Both the position numbers and the translations under genes were made by a program. This document shows positions 9,123 through 19,237 of a DNA stretch of 64,000 bases, piece by piece. Each line of letters opens with the position of its first letter. Within the stretch, counting starts at the first letter, position 1. This stretch comes from an uncultured delta proteobacterium (GTDB lineage Bacteria; Desulfobacterota; Binatia; UBA9968). Under the pieces are notes generated by a model. The model was not told where the DNA came from. It searched no databases and was given only the letters and a program-made list of their open reading frames with translations. The stretch spans positions 32,001 to 96,000 of the forward strand of contig CAVYTU010000019.1 in the NCBI GenBank assembly GCA_963771465.1, in the 5' to 3' direction.

Positions 9123-9540
9123 CCTGCCCTGGTGATCCGTTATTACCGAGGGGAGCGGTGTCAGTTTAATAAGTCTAATAACTCTGGTATCTCCTGCCTC
9201 CGCTACGCCATTCCCGAGTCCACGCTAGCTGTGGAAAATTCTTAAGCTAATTTTTTCATCAGTGCACCGCAGGATGTCCCCGGCCCAGCCCATGTTCATC
9301 GGCGTGAGATAGTACGCAGGTGGCGGCAAAAAATGGTTTGCGGCGACCTCGGCGAGGAATAGTCCTTATTGAATGCGACGCCTGATCCGAGCGGGAAATC
9401 CCTTGCTGTCAATCTAAGCTTGTCCCGCTAGCGAGACGCGCCAAAATGTAAATGGTCTCAAACGCGCAACACTGCTGCGGGTATGTTCCCCAAATGACGT
9501 TTAACAACCATCCTAAGTCGGGCCGCAATGAATAAACATA

Positions 9541-9556
9541 CGGCATATCGTTTGCG
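9541..9556 (+). promoter_or_regulatory. Putative sigma54 promoter
   Basis: cGGcatatcgtttGCg, near consensus, about 15 nt before the ATG at 9571. Confidence 0.6.
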
Positions 9557-9570
9557 ATGTTTCATACGCG

Positions 9571-9750
9571 ATGAACTCTGTATGCAGACACTGCGAGAAC
9601 TGGATCGACGGAATCGCATATAGAGTATTGAGCCAGGACAATGGCAGCATCCTGCTCAACATGATTGTGTGTGATCGGTGTGCGATGGTTGCGCGCCGCT
9701 TAGGATTGGCGGTTGTAAAAATAGCCGCGCCTGTCGAATGCGAAGATTAG
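9571..9750 (+). CDS. 59-aa CxxC...CxxC small protein (not in ORF track)
   Basis: MNSVCRHCENWIDGIAYRVLSQDNGSILLNMIVCDRCAMVARRLGL... Confidence 0.6.
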   Translation: MNSVCRHCENWIDGIAYRVLSQDNGSILLNMIVCDRCAMVARRLGLAVVKIAAPVECED

Positions 9751-9867
9751 AACGCGATGCGTCGTGGTGATAAGCATTCGCGATCCGACCTGTTCCACTT
9801 CCAGCAAATGATAGTTGTCTAATTTGGACAATCCCTTTGAATTGAACTAACGAACGGAAACTCGAAG

Positions 9868-10029
9868 ATGTCTGATAAACGCGAGGAGATCGAAAAATTA
9901 ATTAAGGCCAGCATAAAACTCATAAAGCAAGGGCAAACGCTTGCCACGAGACATCGAGAGCTCGTGGACGAACTTAAAAAGAACATCGCCAAATACGAAC
10001 GAATAATAGAAAAACGGAAATCAGACTGA
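9868..10029 (+). CDS. 53-aa helical small protein (not in ORF track)
   Basis: MSDKREEIEKLIKASIKLIKQGQTLATRHRELVDELKKNIAKYERIIEKRKSD, amphipathic pattern. Confidence 0.45.
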   Translation: MSDKREEIEKLIKASIKLIKQGQTLATRHRELVDELKKNIAKYERIIEKRKSD

Positions 10030-10161
10030 ACCCATACCCGGAAATGGATCGACCTGTACGCCTTTAAGGAAAACGTCGCCGTACTTAAAAAATCTCCAAA
10101 GTGTGTTGCGCCACCCAGCCTGGACCGTCCAAGCGTTAATATATTGGGATAGCCGATAAAA

Positions 10162-10398
10162 ATGGATCGTATTGAAGATCGGGACATCAACCGCCTGTGG
10201 GGCGAGCACTATCCCAAATCAAAGACGAACATCTTGTCCAAATCTCTCTGCGTGACGATCGCATTGATAATTGAGAATAAGGCGCGGCTAATCATGGGTG
10301 ACAACGACCTAGTGGATAACCTCCATTTCCTCTTAAAGCACTACGGCATCCCCAAAGAGCAGTTCTACGAGATCGAAAAGGAGATCGGCAACGTTTGA
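10162..10398 (+). CDS. Hypothetical protein
   Basis: 78-aa ORF with protein-like composition. Confidence 0.5.
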   Translation: MDRIEDRDINRLWGEHYPKSKTNILSKSLCVTIALIIENKARLIMGDNDLVDNLHFLLKHYGIPKEQFYEIEKEIGNV

Positions 10399-10530
10399 AG
10401 ACAAGGCCAATCAACGGCTGTCGTGAACAACACGGATCATCCTCTGGTTAGCCGTTAGGAAACGAATATCGCCGCCAAGACCACAATCGCCACCAAAACA
10501 CCACGAAGACACCCCGTAAACGATTATGTT

Positions 10531-10625
10531 TTAAATCTTCGAAACGATGACCGGCGCATTTTGACCCGGGGTAATGTTAAAACGCTGCTTCAGGTCGGCA
10601 AGATTTGGTTGTTCAAAATCATCAT
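10531..10625 (-). pseudogene. Possible SOS-response-associated peptidase (SRAP) N-terminal remnant
   Basis: LKQRFNITPGQNAPVI resembles the SRAP PRYNIAPTQ..PVI segment; truncated. Confidence 0.35.
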
Positions 10626-10798
10626 CAACACGACGAGCGCCACCAAACAACGCTCGTAAGAGAGCACTCTCCCGATATTGATGCCTACCTTGTGCGCGCG
10701 TTCTTATTGGCAATGACCTTGTTGCCAGTTGGCGCAGGTGGTAGTCGTCACCTACGACCGCGAAAAATTTTGCGGTTATTGCACTTGAGGAGGTGACC

Positions 10799-12874
10799 AT
10801 GAGCTCGACGGGACAGCAGACGCAGCGGAAGACGAACGCCGCGGCGCCAGGGCGCGTTCAGCCGTCCGGCAGTCCGGGCGCCGCCAAGGCTAACGTGCAG
10901 TCGAAGATGCCGCCGCGCAAGACGTGGCTGTGGTTCGTTCTCGTCTTGCTCGCTAACTTCTTGATCGTGCGGCTTCTCATACCGGGCCCCAAAGCACCGG
11001 TCACCGTGCCCTACACTCTCTTCAAGGAAGAAGTTAGGAAGCGCAACGTCGAGGCGATCTACACCCGGGGCGAGATCCTCACGGGCCGCTTCAAGACGAC
11101 GGTCACCTATCCGCGAGCGGGTGAAAAAAAAGCGCCCGACGGCGGGCCCCAGATCCCGAATCTTCGCGCGGATCGCCAGCCCGAACAGGTGAGTACCTTC
11201 GCGACCACGCTGCCCTCCTTCGTAGACCCGGGTTTGGAAACATTCTTAATCGATCATGGTGTCGAGATCAGCGCCGAGCCGATCCAAGAAAGCGAAAGCC
11301 CCTGGTCGACATTTCTTTTCGGCTTTGGCCCGGCCTTGCTGCTCATCGCTTTTTACGTCTGGCTATTCCGTCGGGCCGCGCAGCAGGGCGGCGCGATGGG
11401 CGGTGGCCTAATGGGCATCGGCCGCAGCAGGGCGCGGCGCTACGACGAGGAGAAGGACACGAAAGTCACCTTCAATGACGTTGCCGGCATCGACGAAGCC
11501 GAAAACGAGCTGGTCGAGATCGTGGATTTTCTCCGCGACCCCAAGAAATACACGCGCCTGGGCGGGGCCGCTCCGAAAGGCGTGCTCTTGATCGGCGCGC
11601 CCGGCACCGGGAAAACCTTGTTGGCGCGAGCGGTCGCGGGAGAAGCGGGGGTGCCGTTCTTCTCGATGAGCGCTGCGGAGTTCGTCGAGATGATCGTCGG
11701 GGTCGGTGCGGCGAGAGTGCGCGATCTTTTCAAGCAGGCGCGCGAGCAAGCGCCCGCGATCGTCTTCATCGATGAGCTGGATGCCATCGGCCGCGCGCGC
11801 GGGCAGATGGCGCTCGGCGGGTCGAGCGAACAGGAGCAAACTTTGAATCAAATCCTAACCGAAATGGACGGGTTCTCGAGCCGGGAGGGCATCATCGTAT
11901 TGGCGGCGACGAATCAACCCGACGTGCTCGACAAAGCGCTGTTGCGGCCGGGACGCTTCGATCGGCGCGTGGTGGTGAACCTGCCGGATAAGACCGGGCG
12001 CGAAGCGATCTTGAAAGTTCACACTCGCAGCGTGCCGCTGGCGAACGACGCAAACTTAGGCGAAGTCGCCGCCACGACGCCGGGGTTCTCGGGGGCCGAT
12101 CTAAAAAACCTGGTGAACGAGGCGGCGCTGCTGGCGGCGCGGCGCGAGCAGAACGAAGTGCGTTACAAAGATTTCCTCGACGCGCTCGAGAAGATCGTGC
12201 TCGGCCCCGAGCGGCCACTTCTCTTGACCCGCGCCGATAAGGAACGCATCGCCTACCACGAGGGAGGGCACGCCATCCTCGGTCTAGTGGTGCCCGGCGC
12301 CGACCCGGTGAATCGGGTGACGATCGTGCCGCGCGGGCAAGCTCTCGGTGTGACTTATCAGCGCCCCGACAGCGACCGCTATAACTATCCGGAAGCCTAT
12401 TTGCGCGCGCGCATCGTCGGCATGTTGGGAGGCCGCGCGGCCGAGGAGATCGTTTACGGCACCAAGACGACCGGCGCGGAAAGCGACATCGAGCAAGCCA
12501 CCGGCTTGGCGCGCCGGATGGTCACGCGCTGGGGCATGAGCGAGCGCGTCGGACTGGTAGAGCTCGCGCCGCGTGAGAACCCTTACCTGAGCGGCGCCAA
12601 CGGTTACGGCGGCGCCAAGCCATTCAGCGAGAGAACCGCTGAAGCCATTGACGCCGAGGTGCTCAAGATCATCGGCGAAAGCCACGACGAGGCCAAGCGA
12701 CTCTTGAACGCGCATCGCAAGCAACTCGACGCGCTCGTTGAAGCCCTGCTGTTGCGCGAGACCCTCAACGAGCAGGAAATCCTCGATGCCACGGGGCTCC
12801 CGCGTGCGCCAGCGCTCGAGACGGGGATCCTGCCTCTTACCGATGCGGACAGCGGGAGCGCTCACGACCTCTAA
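10799..12874 (+). CDS. ftsH: ATP-dependent zinc metalloprotease FtsH
   Basis: Two TM helices, GAPGTGKT Walker A, IVFIDE Walker [16 protein letters not shown]; GAGGAGG RBS. Confidence 0.97.
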   Translation: MSSTGQQTQRKTNAAAPGRVQPSGSPGAAKANVQSKMPPRKTWLWFVLVLLANFLIVRLLIPGPKAPVTVPYTLFKEEVRKRNVEAIYTRGEILTGRFKTTVTYPRAGEKKAPDGGPQIPNLRADRQPEQVSTFATTLPSFVDPGLETFLIDHGVEISAEPIQESESPWSTFLFGFGPALLLIAFYVWLFRRAAQQGGAMGGGLMGIGRSRARRYDEEKDTKVTFNDVAGIDEAENELVEIVDFLRDPKKYTRLGGAAPKGVLLIGAPGTGKTLLARAVAGEAGVPFFSMSAAEFVEMIVGVGAARVRDLFKQAREQAPAIVFIDELDAIGRARGQMALGGSSEQEQTLNQILTEMDGFSSREGIIVLAATNQPDVLDKALLRPGRFDRRVVVNLPDKTGREAILKVHTRSVPLANDANLGEVAATTPGFSGADLKNLVNEAALLAARREQNEVRYKDFLDALEKIVLGPERPLLLTRADKERIAYHEGGHAILGLVVPGADPVNRVTIVPRGQALGVTYQRPDSDRYNYPEAYLRARIVGMLGGRAAEEIVYGTKTTGAESDIEQATGLARRMVTRWGMSERVGLVELAPRENPYLSGANGYGGAKPFSERTAEAIDAEVLKIIGESHDEAKRLLNAHRKQLDALVEALLLRETLNEQEILDATGLPRAPALETGILPLTDADSGSAHDL

Positions 12875-13199
12875 TCCTCATTGATGCAGCGGGCGCAGCT
12901 TCTGGTCGTACTCGGTAACTAGGAAGTCCCGTCGCGTCGCGGGTTAATCGGTCTTTACCCTGGCATGGAAAAAGCGCCACTGATGGGTCACATCGATAGT
13001 TTCGGAACATCTAAAAGAAATACTACTTGTCGCAGCTCTGTTAACGCTTTACCGTATCTTCCGTCGAATTGCTGAAACGGGGAAGATTTGACACACCCCA
13101 CACGCGACTTAGAAGTTTCCTAATTTGATTACGTAAGATTTTTTGTAGTCGTTTCAGAAATCCGTTGATTGGCCAGTGCTTCATGTGTAACGATCGGCC

Positions 13200-13418
13200 A
13201 TGGCGGTGATCGTAAAGATGCCGATAGACACCTATCGAGATTTTCTCGGTAGGTTCCCTTTATCGAGCCGTGGTTATGCCGTCCTGACAAATTCCATACT
13301 CCAGGGAGCGACCACGAGTGATTCCTCAATCATAGAAATGCTCTGCCAAATTCACGACGTGAACCTTATCCTTGAACGCGCAAAACGATTCTATCCCGGC
13401 GCTGCTCCCTACCTTTGA
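13200..13418 (+). CDS. Small hypothetical protein, possibly frameshift-split from the next ORF
   Basis: 72-aa ORF overlapping 13415. Confidence 0.45.
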   Translation: MAVIVKMPIDTYRDFLGRFPLSSRGYAVLTNSILQGATTSDSSIIEMLCQIHDVNLILERAKRFYPGAAPYL

Positions 13419-13603
13419 AAGCGTTAACCTCGGTACGCGGCGGCGAATATCGAAAAACCAGGATTGGCGATGCTTGGCACTTCAATTCGAATTGTTCTCT
13501 GTGGCCGATGGCTGAATACGTCTCAAGCCAAGACGCGCCGGATAATTCGACGATCTGTAATGAATGCATCGTCAAGAAACAGCATGGGGATTCCTCAGCG
13601 TAA
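13415..13603 (+). CDS. Small His/Cys metal-binding protein
   Basis: YRK...WHFNSNCSLWP...ICNEC. Confidence 0.5.
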   Translation: MKALTSVRGGEYRKTRIGDAWHFNSNCSLWPMAEYVSSQDAPDNSTICNECIVKKQHGDSSA

Positions 13604-13662
13604 TTTCATATCCCTATTGCCTGATCTTAGGACACCATCATCGTGTCAAAGTTATTGACCCG

Positions 13663-14832
13663 CTAAAATCTCTTCAGGCTGAAACTACTGATATCGATCT
13701 TGCTTCTGCCGTCGATGACATGCTCCGCCAGCGCCTCGCCAATCCCCGCCGAATGTTTGAATCCATGTCCTGAGCAAGGCGACGCAATAATTATGCGATC
13801 GTTATCCGGGTGAACGTCGATGACGAAATTCGAATCCGGCGTCACGGTATACAGGCAACTCGCTGCGGTGTCGCAGCGATCGGAAATTCTCGGCAGACGG
13901 CCTTGGACATAATCTTTGTACATGGATTGCGCTTCTTCCATGCCGACCGCCCGCTGCGCGTGATCTGGATCGGTGAGCGTTGTGAATTGCTCGGTCGCGA
14001 TCTTGATAGTTTTGCCGTCGAGCGTCGGGAAGCCATAGAAACCAAACTCGCCGCCCTTGGCAAAGATCCAAATGAAAATCGGAAAGCGCGCTGGCGCAAA
14101 CGTCGAGCCGCAATCATCCCTGATGTCGAACCAGTACATGACTTGCCGGGATACCTTGAATAAATGCGCGTATGCCGGCGGTAGAAAGCTGGCAATCCAA
14201 GGTCCGGCGGTGATGATGACTTTCTCGGCGCAGTAGGCGCCGCGGCTGGTCGTAACCGTCACGCCGGCATCGCCGCGGCTTTCGACCGAAACTACGGTCT
14301 CGTCAGTTTGAACAATCGCGCCGTGCTTGCGCGCAAGATGCAGTTGCATCTCGATACAAAGTTCCGGCCTGAGAAATCCCGTTTCATATTCGAAGTAAGC
14401 GCGCTCATCGGTTACGGCAAACTGCGGAAAGCGTTTTCTTATGTCCGCGGTTTCGAAGATTTCATGGCGGATGTCGAACTTCTCGGCACAGCGGATCGCT
14501 TGATCCAAAAAATCACGCCGGCCGTGCAAAGCGGCCTCGCTCTTTTGACTTTCCAGGGTCAGGCCGCCCGTGATCGTCAAGAGCTTCTTGCCGGTTTCGT
14601 TTTCGATCTCGCGCCACAATTCATAAGAGCGCAGGACCAAGGGGACGTATTCCTCGCCTTCGCCAATCGCCTGTCGGATAATCCGACTCTCGCCGTGGGA
14701 CGAGCCGTTGGCATGCGGCGGGGAAAACCGGTCGAGGCCAAGCACTTTGTTGCCGCGTTTCGCGAGTTGGTAAACCGCAGCGCTCCCCATGGCGCCGAGA
14801 CCGACTACGATCGTGTCGAACTGAGTGATCAT
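13663..14832 (-). CDS. solA: N-methyl-L-tryptophan oxidase / monomeric sarcosine oxidase family
   Basis: GLGAMGS FAD motif, GSSHGESRIIR, CLYT, CSGHGFK. Confidence 0.9.
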   Translation of the reverse strand: MITQFDTIVVGLGAMGSAAVYQLAKRGNKVLGLDRFSPPHANGSSHGESRIIRQAIGEGEEYVPLVLRSYELWREIENETGKKLLTITGGLTLESQKSEAALHGRRDFLDQAIRCAEKFDIRHEIFETADIRKRFPQFAVTDERAYFEYETGFLRPELCIEMQLHLARKHGAIVQTDETVVSVESRGDAGVTVTTSRGAYCAEKVIITAGPWIASFLPPAYAHLFKVSRQVMYWFDIRDDCGSTFAPARFPIFIWIFAKGGEFGFYGFPTLDGKTIKIATEQFTTLTDPDHAQRAVGMEEAQSMYKDYVQGRLPRISDRCDTAASCLYTVTPDSNFVIDVHPDNDRIIIASPCSGHGFKHSAGIGEALAEHVIDGRSKIDISSFSLKRF

Positions 14833-15065
14833 TGCTCCGGCGTCGGTTTATTACGGCTCTGCCCGGCACGCAAGACCTCCCGCAGGTCCAAGAGCCTTCC
14901 TGATAAAGCAGAACCACCGTGCTAGCGGCGATGCTTCTAAACGGCGAAGTCGGAAAGTTGTAGTCGATAAGACAAGCTAGGGTGAGAGGCGCTTATGATT
15001 CTCGATTACTTGCTAGGGAAGAGATCGCTCTCTCCCCTAGCCAAACTCGTCCTTTCCGGTTGTCA

Positions 15066-15368
15066 TTATTCACCGTCCTCATAGATCTCGCGCTGCATCA
15101 CGCGCCGCTGTGCTCTGATCTCATCGATTCCCACGACGTCATGATCACACGACCCGTAGAAGTCAACGATGTTGCCGGCGTCCTCGTTGAGAACCGGTCG
15201 ATCCCACGACAGAGTATCTTCGCGCATGGGCGGGAACTTCATGTGGCAGTACTCACCGGCCTCGGCCGGAACCCGCACGATGGGCAGATCGGTCGCCGCC
15301 ACGGGTAGCCCCCAGAACAGCGTGGAAGACAGCAGCAGGTTGGATAGAAGCGATATACCTTTAGTCAT
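15066..15368 (-). CDS. Small secreted protein with a Cys pair
   Basis: AAGGAGGTG RBS before MTKGISLL; signal peptide; YCHMKFPPMRE...DFYGSCDHD. Confidence 0.75.
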   Translation of the reverse strand: MTKGISLLSNLLLSSTLFWGLPVAATDLPIVRVPAEAGEYCHMKFPPMREDTLSWDRPVLNEDAGNIVDFYGSCDHDVVGIDEIRAQRRVMQREIYEDGE

Positions 15369-15419
15369 TTTGTTCACCTCCTTTCCGTTTGAACTTTTAC
15401 TCCCTGCCTGAGCGACTAC

Positions 15420-15434
15420 GCATCGATCGTGCCA
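15420..15434 (-). promoter_or_regulatory. Putative sigma54 promoter
   Basis: Minus strand TGGCACGatcgatGC upstream of 15368. Confidence 0.65.
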
Positions 15435-15686
15435 ATAATCGATACCGCCAACTCGCATGTTCCCTATGACGAATGGAATGCCAATCGCGCGATTGCAGGG
15501 AGAATATCGAGGTAAAATTGCCGTTGAGAAATCGGTTAGCGATTTCATTGTGCAAACCTAGTTGACGATGTGGCACCCAAGTTACCAGTGCGCACAGCGA
15601 CCATTGACCGGCAAGAAGCGAGACTGATACAGTGCGGCGTAAATCGGCTACGCTGGTGATTTTAATCGGTTAATCAGGAGGTCAAT

Positions 15687-16802
15687 ATGGCGATCGGACT
15701 TTCACACGGCGGCTCTAACGTATACGCCGCGACGGAGCGTTCGCGGCAACTGTGGGTTGGCACCCAGGACGGGCTCGTGCTCTTCGAACGCGGCGCCGAC
15801 GGCTGGCGCGAAGCACAGCGCGCGCTGCGCGGCCAACACATCAGCTCGATCATCTTCGAAAAATCCAGCGGCACGATGTTCGCCGGCGCGTTCTTCGGTT
15901 CGATTCACGCCAGCGCCGACGGCGGCAAAACCTGGGAGCGGCGCGATAACGGCATGACGATTCACGATGTCTACAGTCTCGCCTCCCACGTCGTCGACGG
16001 CAAAGTGCGCGTCTATGCCGGCACCCAACCCGCGCATCTGTTCGTCAGCGAAGACTTGGGAACGCACTGGAGTGAGATTGCATCGCTGCGCGAAGTTCCC
16101 ACCACCTCGCAATGGTCGTTTCCCGCGCCGCCCCACGTCGCGCATACGAAATTCATCACCTTCGATCCGCGCGACGCTCACACCATCTATGCCTGCGTCG
16201 AACAGGGCGCGTTTTTAAAAAGCAGCGACCTGGGCAAAAGTTGGCGCGAGCTCAACACCGTCGGTTTATACCAGGATAAGAACCGCCCGGTGGAGCATTT
16301 TTATGACGTGCACCGCTGCTTGATCGATCCGCGCGATCCACAAAGCATTTACGTCACCGGCGGCGCGGGGCTTTACGTGACTCATACGGGCGGCGGCAGC
16401 TGGGAACGCTGGACCGCAGCCGACTGGGCGGCGGATGTTTATCCCGACGGCTTTGTCTGGAATCCGAAAAACCCCGACACGATGTTTGTCGCGGCAGCCG
16501 AGCATAATCCGGTAACCTGGCGCAAGGCCGGGGCGGCGGCGCGCGCCGAAGGCAAACTTTATCGCAGTAAAGACGGCGGAAAAAACTGGCAACGGCTCGC
16601 CGGCGGGCTGCCGTCGAGTTTGAAGCACGAGTTCGGCGCGCTTTGCCTCGAAGAAGCCAACGGCGCCTGCGCGATCTTCGGCGGCACCACCGGCGGCGAA
16701 GTCTATTGCAGTGAAGACAACGGCGAGAACTGGACGTTGATCACAACTGAATTGGCGCCGATCTCGAAGAAAGGGCATGAAAGATTGTTAGCGGCGAGCT
16801 GA
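15687..16802 (+). CDS. BNR/Asp-box beta-propeller protein, no signal peptide
   Basis: Repeated SxDGGxxW Asp-boxes; AGGAGG RBS. Confidence 0.85.
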   Translation: MAIGLSHGGSNVYAATERSRQLWVGTQDGLVLFERGADGWREAQRALRGQHISSIIFEKSSGTMFAGAFFGSIHASADGGKTWERRDNGMTIHDVYSLASHVVDGKVRVYAGTQPAHLFVSEDLGTHWSEIASLREVPTTSQWSFPAPPHVAHTKFITFDPRDAHTIYACVEQGAFLKSSDLGKSWRELNTVGLYQDKNRPVEHFYDVHRCLIDPRDPQSIYVTGGAGLYVTHTGGGSWERWTAADWAADVYPDGFVWNPKNPDTMFVAAAEHNPVTWRKAGAAARAEGKLYRSKDGGKNWQRLAGGLPSSLKHEFGALCLEEANGACAIFGGTTGGEVYCSEDNGENWTLITTELAPISKKGHERLLAAS

Positions 16803-16821
16803 AAAACTACCCGCAGAACGA

Positions 16822-16951
16822 AATCCGATTCCGAATCCGAATCCGATTCCTTCACCCTCGACGGGGGAAGGTTAGGATAGAGATGCTCAATGCGCGATGA
16901 ACCGATTGCCAACGTCACCCCCATCTTAATATTCCCCCGTCAAGGGGGAAG
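16822..16951. repeat. Hexamer tandem (aatccg/attccg x5) plus an inverted pair of REP-like palindromes
   Basis: ccttcaccctcgacgggggaagg... versus ...ttcccccgtcaagggggaag. Confidence 0.75.
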
Positions 16952-17011
16952 AGACCGGATTAGAAGCGACGAGGCACGATTGAGTAAAATTTCTCTTTCA
17001 CAAAAACAGCG

Positions 17012-17761
17012 ATGACTGTCTCATCCGACAAACCCGGCGCCGCACTGGCCGAGCAGCTCATCAAGCAAAGCCAGGCCGAGGCTGCGGCCACGCCGATGGA
17101 CGCGGTGCTTGACGCGGCGCGCGCGGGGCGCTTTACCGACGATCGCTGTTTTCGCCTGCTCGCGCGGCTGTGGACGCTTAAGCGCACGATGTATTACGTC
17201 TACGGCGGCTGGGCCCAGGGAATCAACCTAAACGACTATCCGCCCGCGGTCGCTTATCTGTTCGGCAAACAAACCCATGACGAGTCGACTCAAGAGATGC
17301 AGCTTTGCGATGAGATGCTGCGCCGCGGCTGGGCGCCGACACAGAAAAAACTGTTCGAGCATCCCTATGCGCAATTTGGCACCGCAACGCGCACTGGCTC
17401 GTACATCTTTTGCTTGCGCGCCTTGGCCAACTATCCGCAAAACATTCGCATCGCCGCGCACAATCTCGGGCCCAAAGTGATCGAACTCGCCTGGACCGAG
17501 AAGTTCGCCAAGTTATTTCCCGATGAATCCATGCACGCGCTGTTTCACAGCCAACTTGCCGAGACCCGCAGCCACGTGCTCATGGGCCGTTTTCAGGTGG
17601 AAAGATTCGTAACCAAGCAAGTCGACGCCGAATTAGCCACGCGGCTATGCGCCGAAACCCGGCGCGACTATTTGTTCTTTCTCGAAGAGAGCGCGCGCTT
17701 CGTCTTGGGTTTAGCGGAAGAAAAATCCGGCGAAGTCACAGTGCAAGCGGACATCGACTGA
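17012..17761 (+). CDS. Ferritin-like four-helix protein with degenerate diiron ligands
   Basis: KQTHDESTQ and HSQLAETRSH align by eye with RQIWDEVKH and HSQSAEELMH of 18239. Confidence 0.6.
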   Translation: MTVSSDKPGAALAEQLIKQSQAEAAATPMDAVLDAARAGRFTDDRCFRLLARLWTLKRTMYYVYGGWAQGINLNDYPPAVAYLFGKQTHDESTQEMQLCDEMLRRGWAPTQKKLFEHPYAQFGTATRTGSYIFCLRALANYPQNIRIAAHNLGPKVIELAWTEKFAKLFPDESMHALFHSQLAETRSHVLMGRFQVERFVTKQVDAELATRLCAETRRDYLFFLEESARFVLGLAEEKSGEVTVQADID

Positions 17762-17771
17762 GCGCTTACAC

Positions 17772-17813
17772 AATTTGGAATATGGAATCTGGAATTTGTA
17801 ATCTGTAATCCAG
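17772..17813. repeat. Heptamer tandem repeat (aatYtgK-like, 6 units)
   Basis: aatttgg aatatgg aatctgg aatttgt aatctgt aatccag. Confidence 0.75.
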
Positions 17814-17829
17814 CGCCGCACGGGGACTC

Positions 17830-18102
17830 ATGGCATCGCTCAAGATAGATCACGCAAAATGCACCGAGTGCCGCATGTGCTACGTCGTCTGCCGCGAGAT
17901 CGAAATCAACGCGGTGGTCGTCTCGCCGACTTCGCAGCATCTCTTGGAAATCGACGAGCGCTGCACCTATCCAGGTTGCACGGTATGCTTGATGTATTGT
18001 CCAGCCGAAGGCTCGATTGTTGAAAGCGACACCGGCCGTTCAATGGTGCCGCCACCCCCAGAAGTCTGGACCGAAAATAGAAGATGGTTGCGGCTCCCTT
18101 GA
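17830..18102 (+). CDS. Atypical 2x[4Fe-4S] ferredoxin
   Basis: CTECRMCYVVC and CTYPGCTVCLMYCP. Confidence 0.85.
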   Translation: MASLKIDHAKCTECRMCYVVCREIEINAVVVSPTSQHLLEIDERCTYPGCTVCLMYCPAEGSIVESDTGRSMVPPPPEVWTENRRWLRLP

Positions 18103-18128
18103 ACAGTCAGGTAAATTTGAACTCAGAG

Positions 18129-18198
18129 AAAGATTTCTCGCAGGGCTCGAAATGACAAGCAAGCTGCGTTGTCATCTCGAACGGAGTGAGAGATCTTT
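18129..18198. repeat. REP-like inverted repeat (GTCAT...GAGAnATCT family)
   Basis: aaagatttctcg...ctcgaaatgacaa / ttgtcatctcga...gagagatcttt. Confidence 0.75.
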
Positions 18199-18238
18199 CC
18201 CAACATAAATGAATGAAAGCACTTGATCGGAGCCAAAC

Positions 18239-18979
18239 ATGCACCCAATTTTGACCGACTTCTTAGACAAGTGGGTTTACCCCACCGGCTTCACCGGCCC
18301 CGGCGTCGACTTTCGTCTACGCCAAACCGAACGCTGCCTGCCGCTGTGGGACAAGCTGGTGTTGCAAGCGATCAAGGCTGCCGGGAACGATTTACAATCC
18401 GGCAGCGACGAATACAAAGCGGCGCGCGCCCGCGGCGGTTACGCCGCCGAGGGACCGTTCATGTCGCTCAAACAAATGTCGACGCAGATTCTTTCCGTCG
18501 AGATCAGCGAGCAGCCGAAATATATCGACCTCCAGCGCATGCGCGCGCGGCAAATCTGGGACGAGGTCAAACATGGCCAGCTCCATGCCGACGTGCTATT
18601 GCGCGGCGGCTTCATCAAGCGTGAAGAAGAATTGATGGACGATGCGCGCGCCAACACCCAGCCGAAGCTTTCTTACTTCGGCATGACCGCCATGTTTCCG
18701 CACATCCACCCGCTCGCCCGCGCCGGCCAGCATTATTACAACGAGTCGATGGCGTGCCTCGGCATCGCCGCAACGCTGAGCGTCATCGACGACGAGCTCA
18801 TTCGCCACCAGTTGCACAGCCAGTCGGCGGAAGAATTGATGCACTTCATGGAAGGCAAATATCAGATCGACGCCTACGCGCTCACGCCGGCAGAGCAGAA
18901 GCCCATCGAAGAAGTTTTCGATTTTCTGCTCAGACCGTGGGCGCCCGAGCCAAGTCGCGCGTTGGGCGGCAACGCGTGA
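18239..18979 (+). CDS. Ferritin-like diiron-carboxylate protein
   Basis: E (AAEG), ExxH (DEVKH), E (YNES), ExxH (EELMH) ligand pattern. Confidence 0.75.
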   Translation: MHPILTDFLDKWVYPTGFTGPGVDFRLRQTERCLPLWDKLVLQAIKAAGNDLQSGSDEYKAARARGGYAAEGPFMSLKQMSTQILSVEISEQPKYIDLQRMRARQIWDEVKHGQLHADVLLRGGFIKREEELMDDARANTQPKLSYFGMTAMFPHIHPLARAGQHYYNESMACLGIAATLSVIDDELIRHQLHSQSAEELMHFMEGKYQIDAYALTPAEQKPIEEVFDFLLRPWAPEPSRALGGNA

Positions 18980-18992
18980 AGCGAGCGGCAGC

Positions 18993-19193
18993 ATGAAAGT
19001 CCGAATCGTCGAAACCCTCTGCATCGCCTGCGGCCTGTGCCGCGAAGTCTGTCCTGAGCGCGCCGTCCATCCCAAGATGCAGGACATCCACCACATGTAC
19101 GAAGTGGTCGAAAGCGAATGCACCGGCTGCGCCGAGTGCCTGCCCTATTGTCCCGAACCGGGGGCGCTGCAGCAGTATGAATTGGCCTCGTGA
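18993..19193 (+). CDS. 2x[4Fe-4S] ferredoxin
   Basis: CIACGLCREVCP and CTGCAECLPYCP. Confidence 0.92.
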   Translation: MKVRIVETLCIACGLCREVCPERAVHPKMQDIHHMYEVVESECTGCAECLPYCPEPGALQQYELAS

Positions 19194-19237
19194 GTCGCGG
19201 TTCAGCTTACAGTTCCGCTAAATCAAGCATCAAACCC

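Noticed and set aside
15571-15587. TGGCAC motifs at about 15571, 19747 and 32680 as sigma54 promoters
   Set aside because: No GC at the required GG-N10-GC spacing
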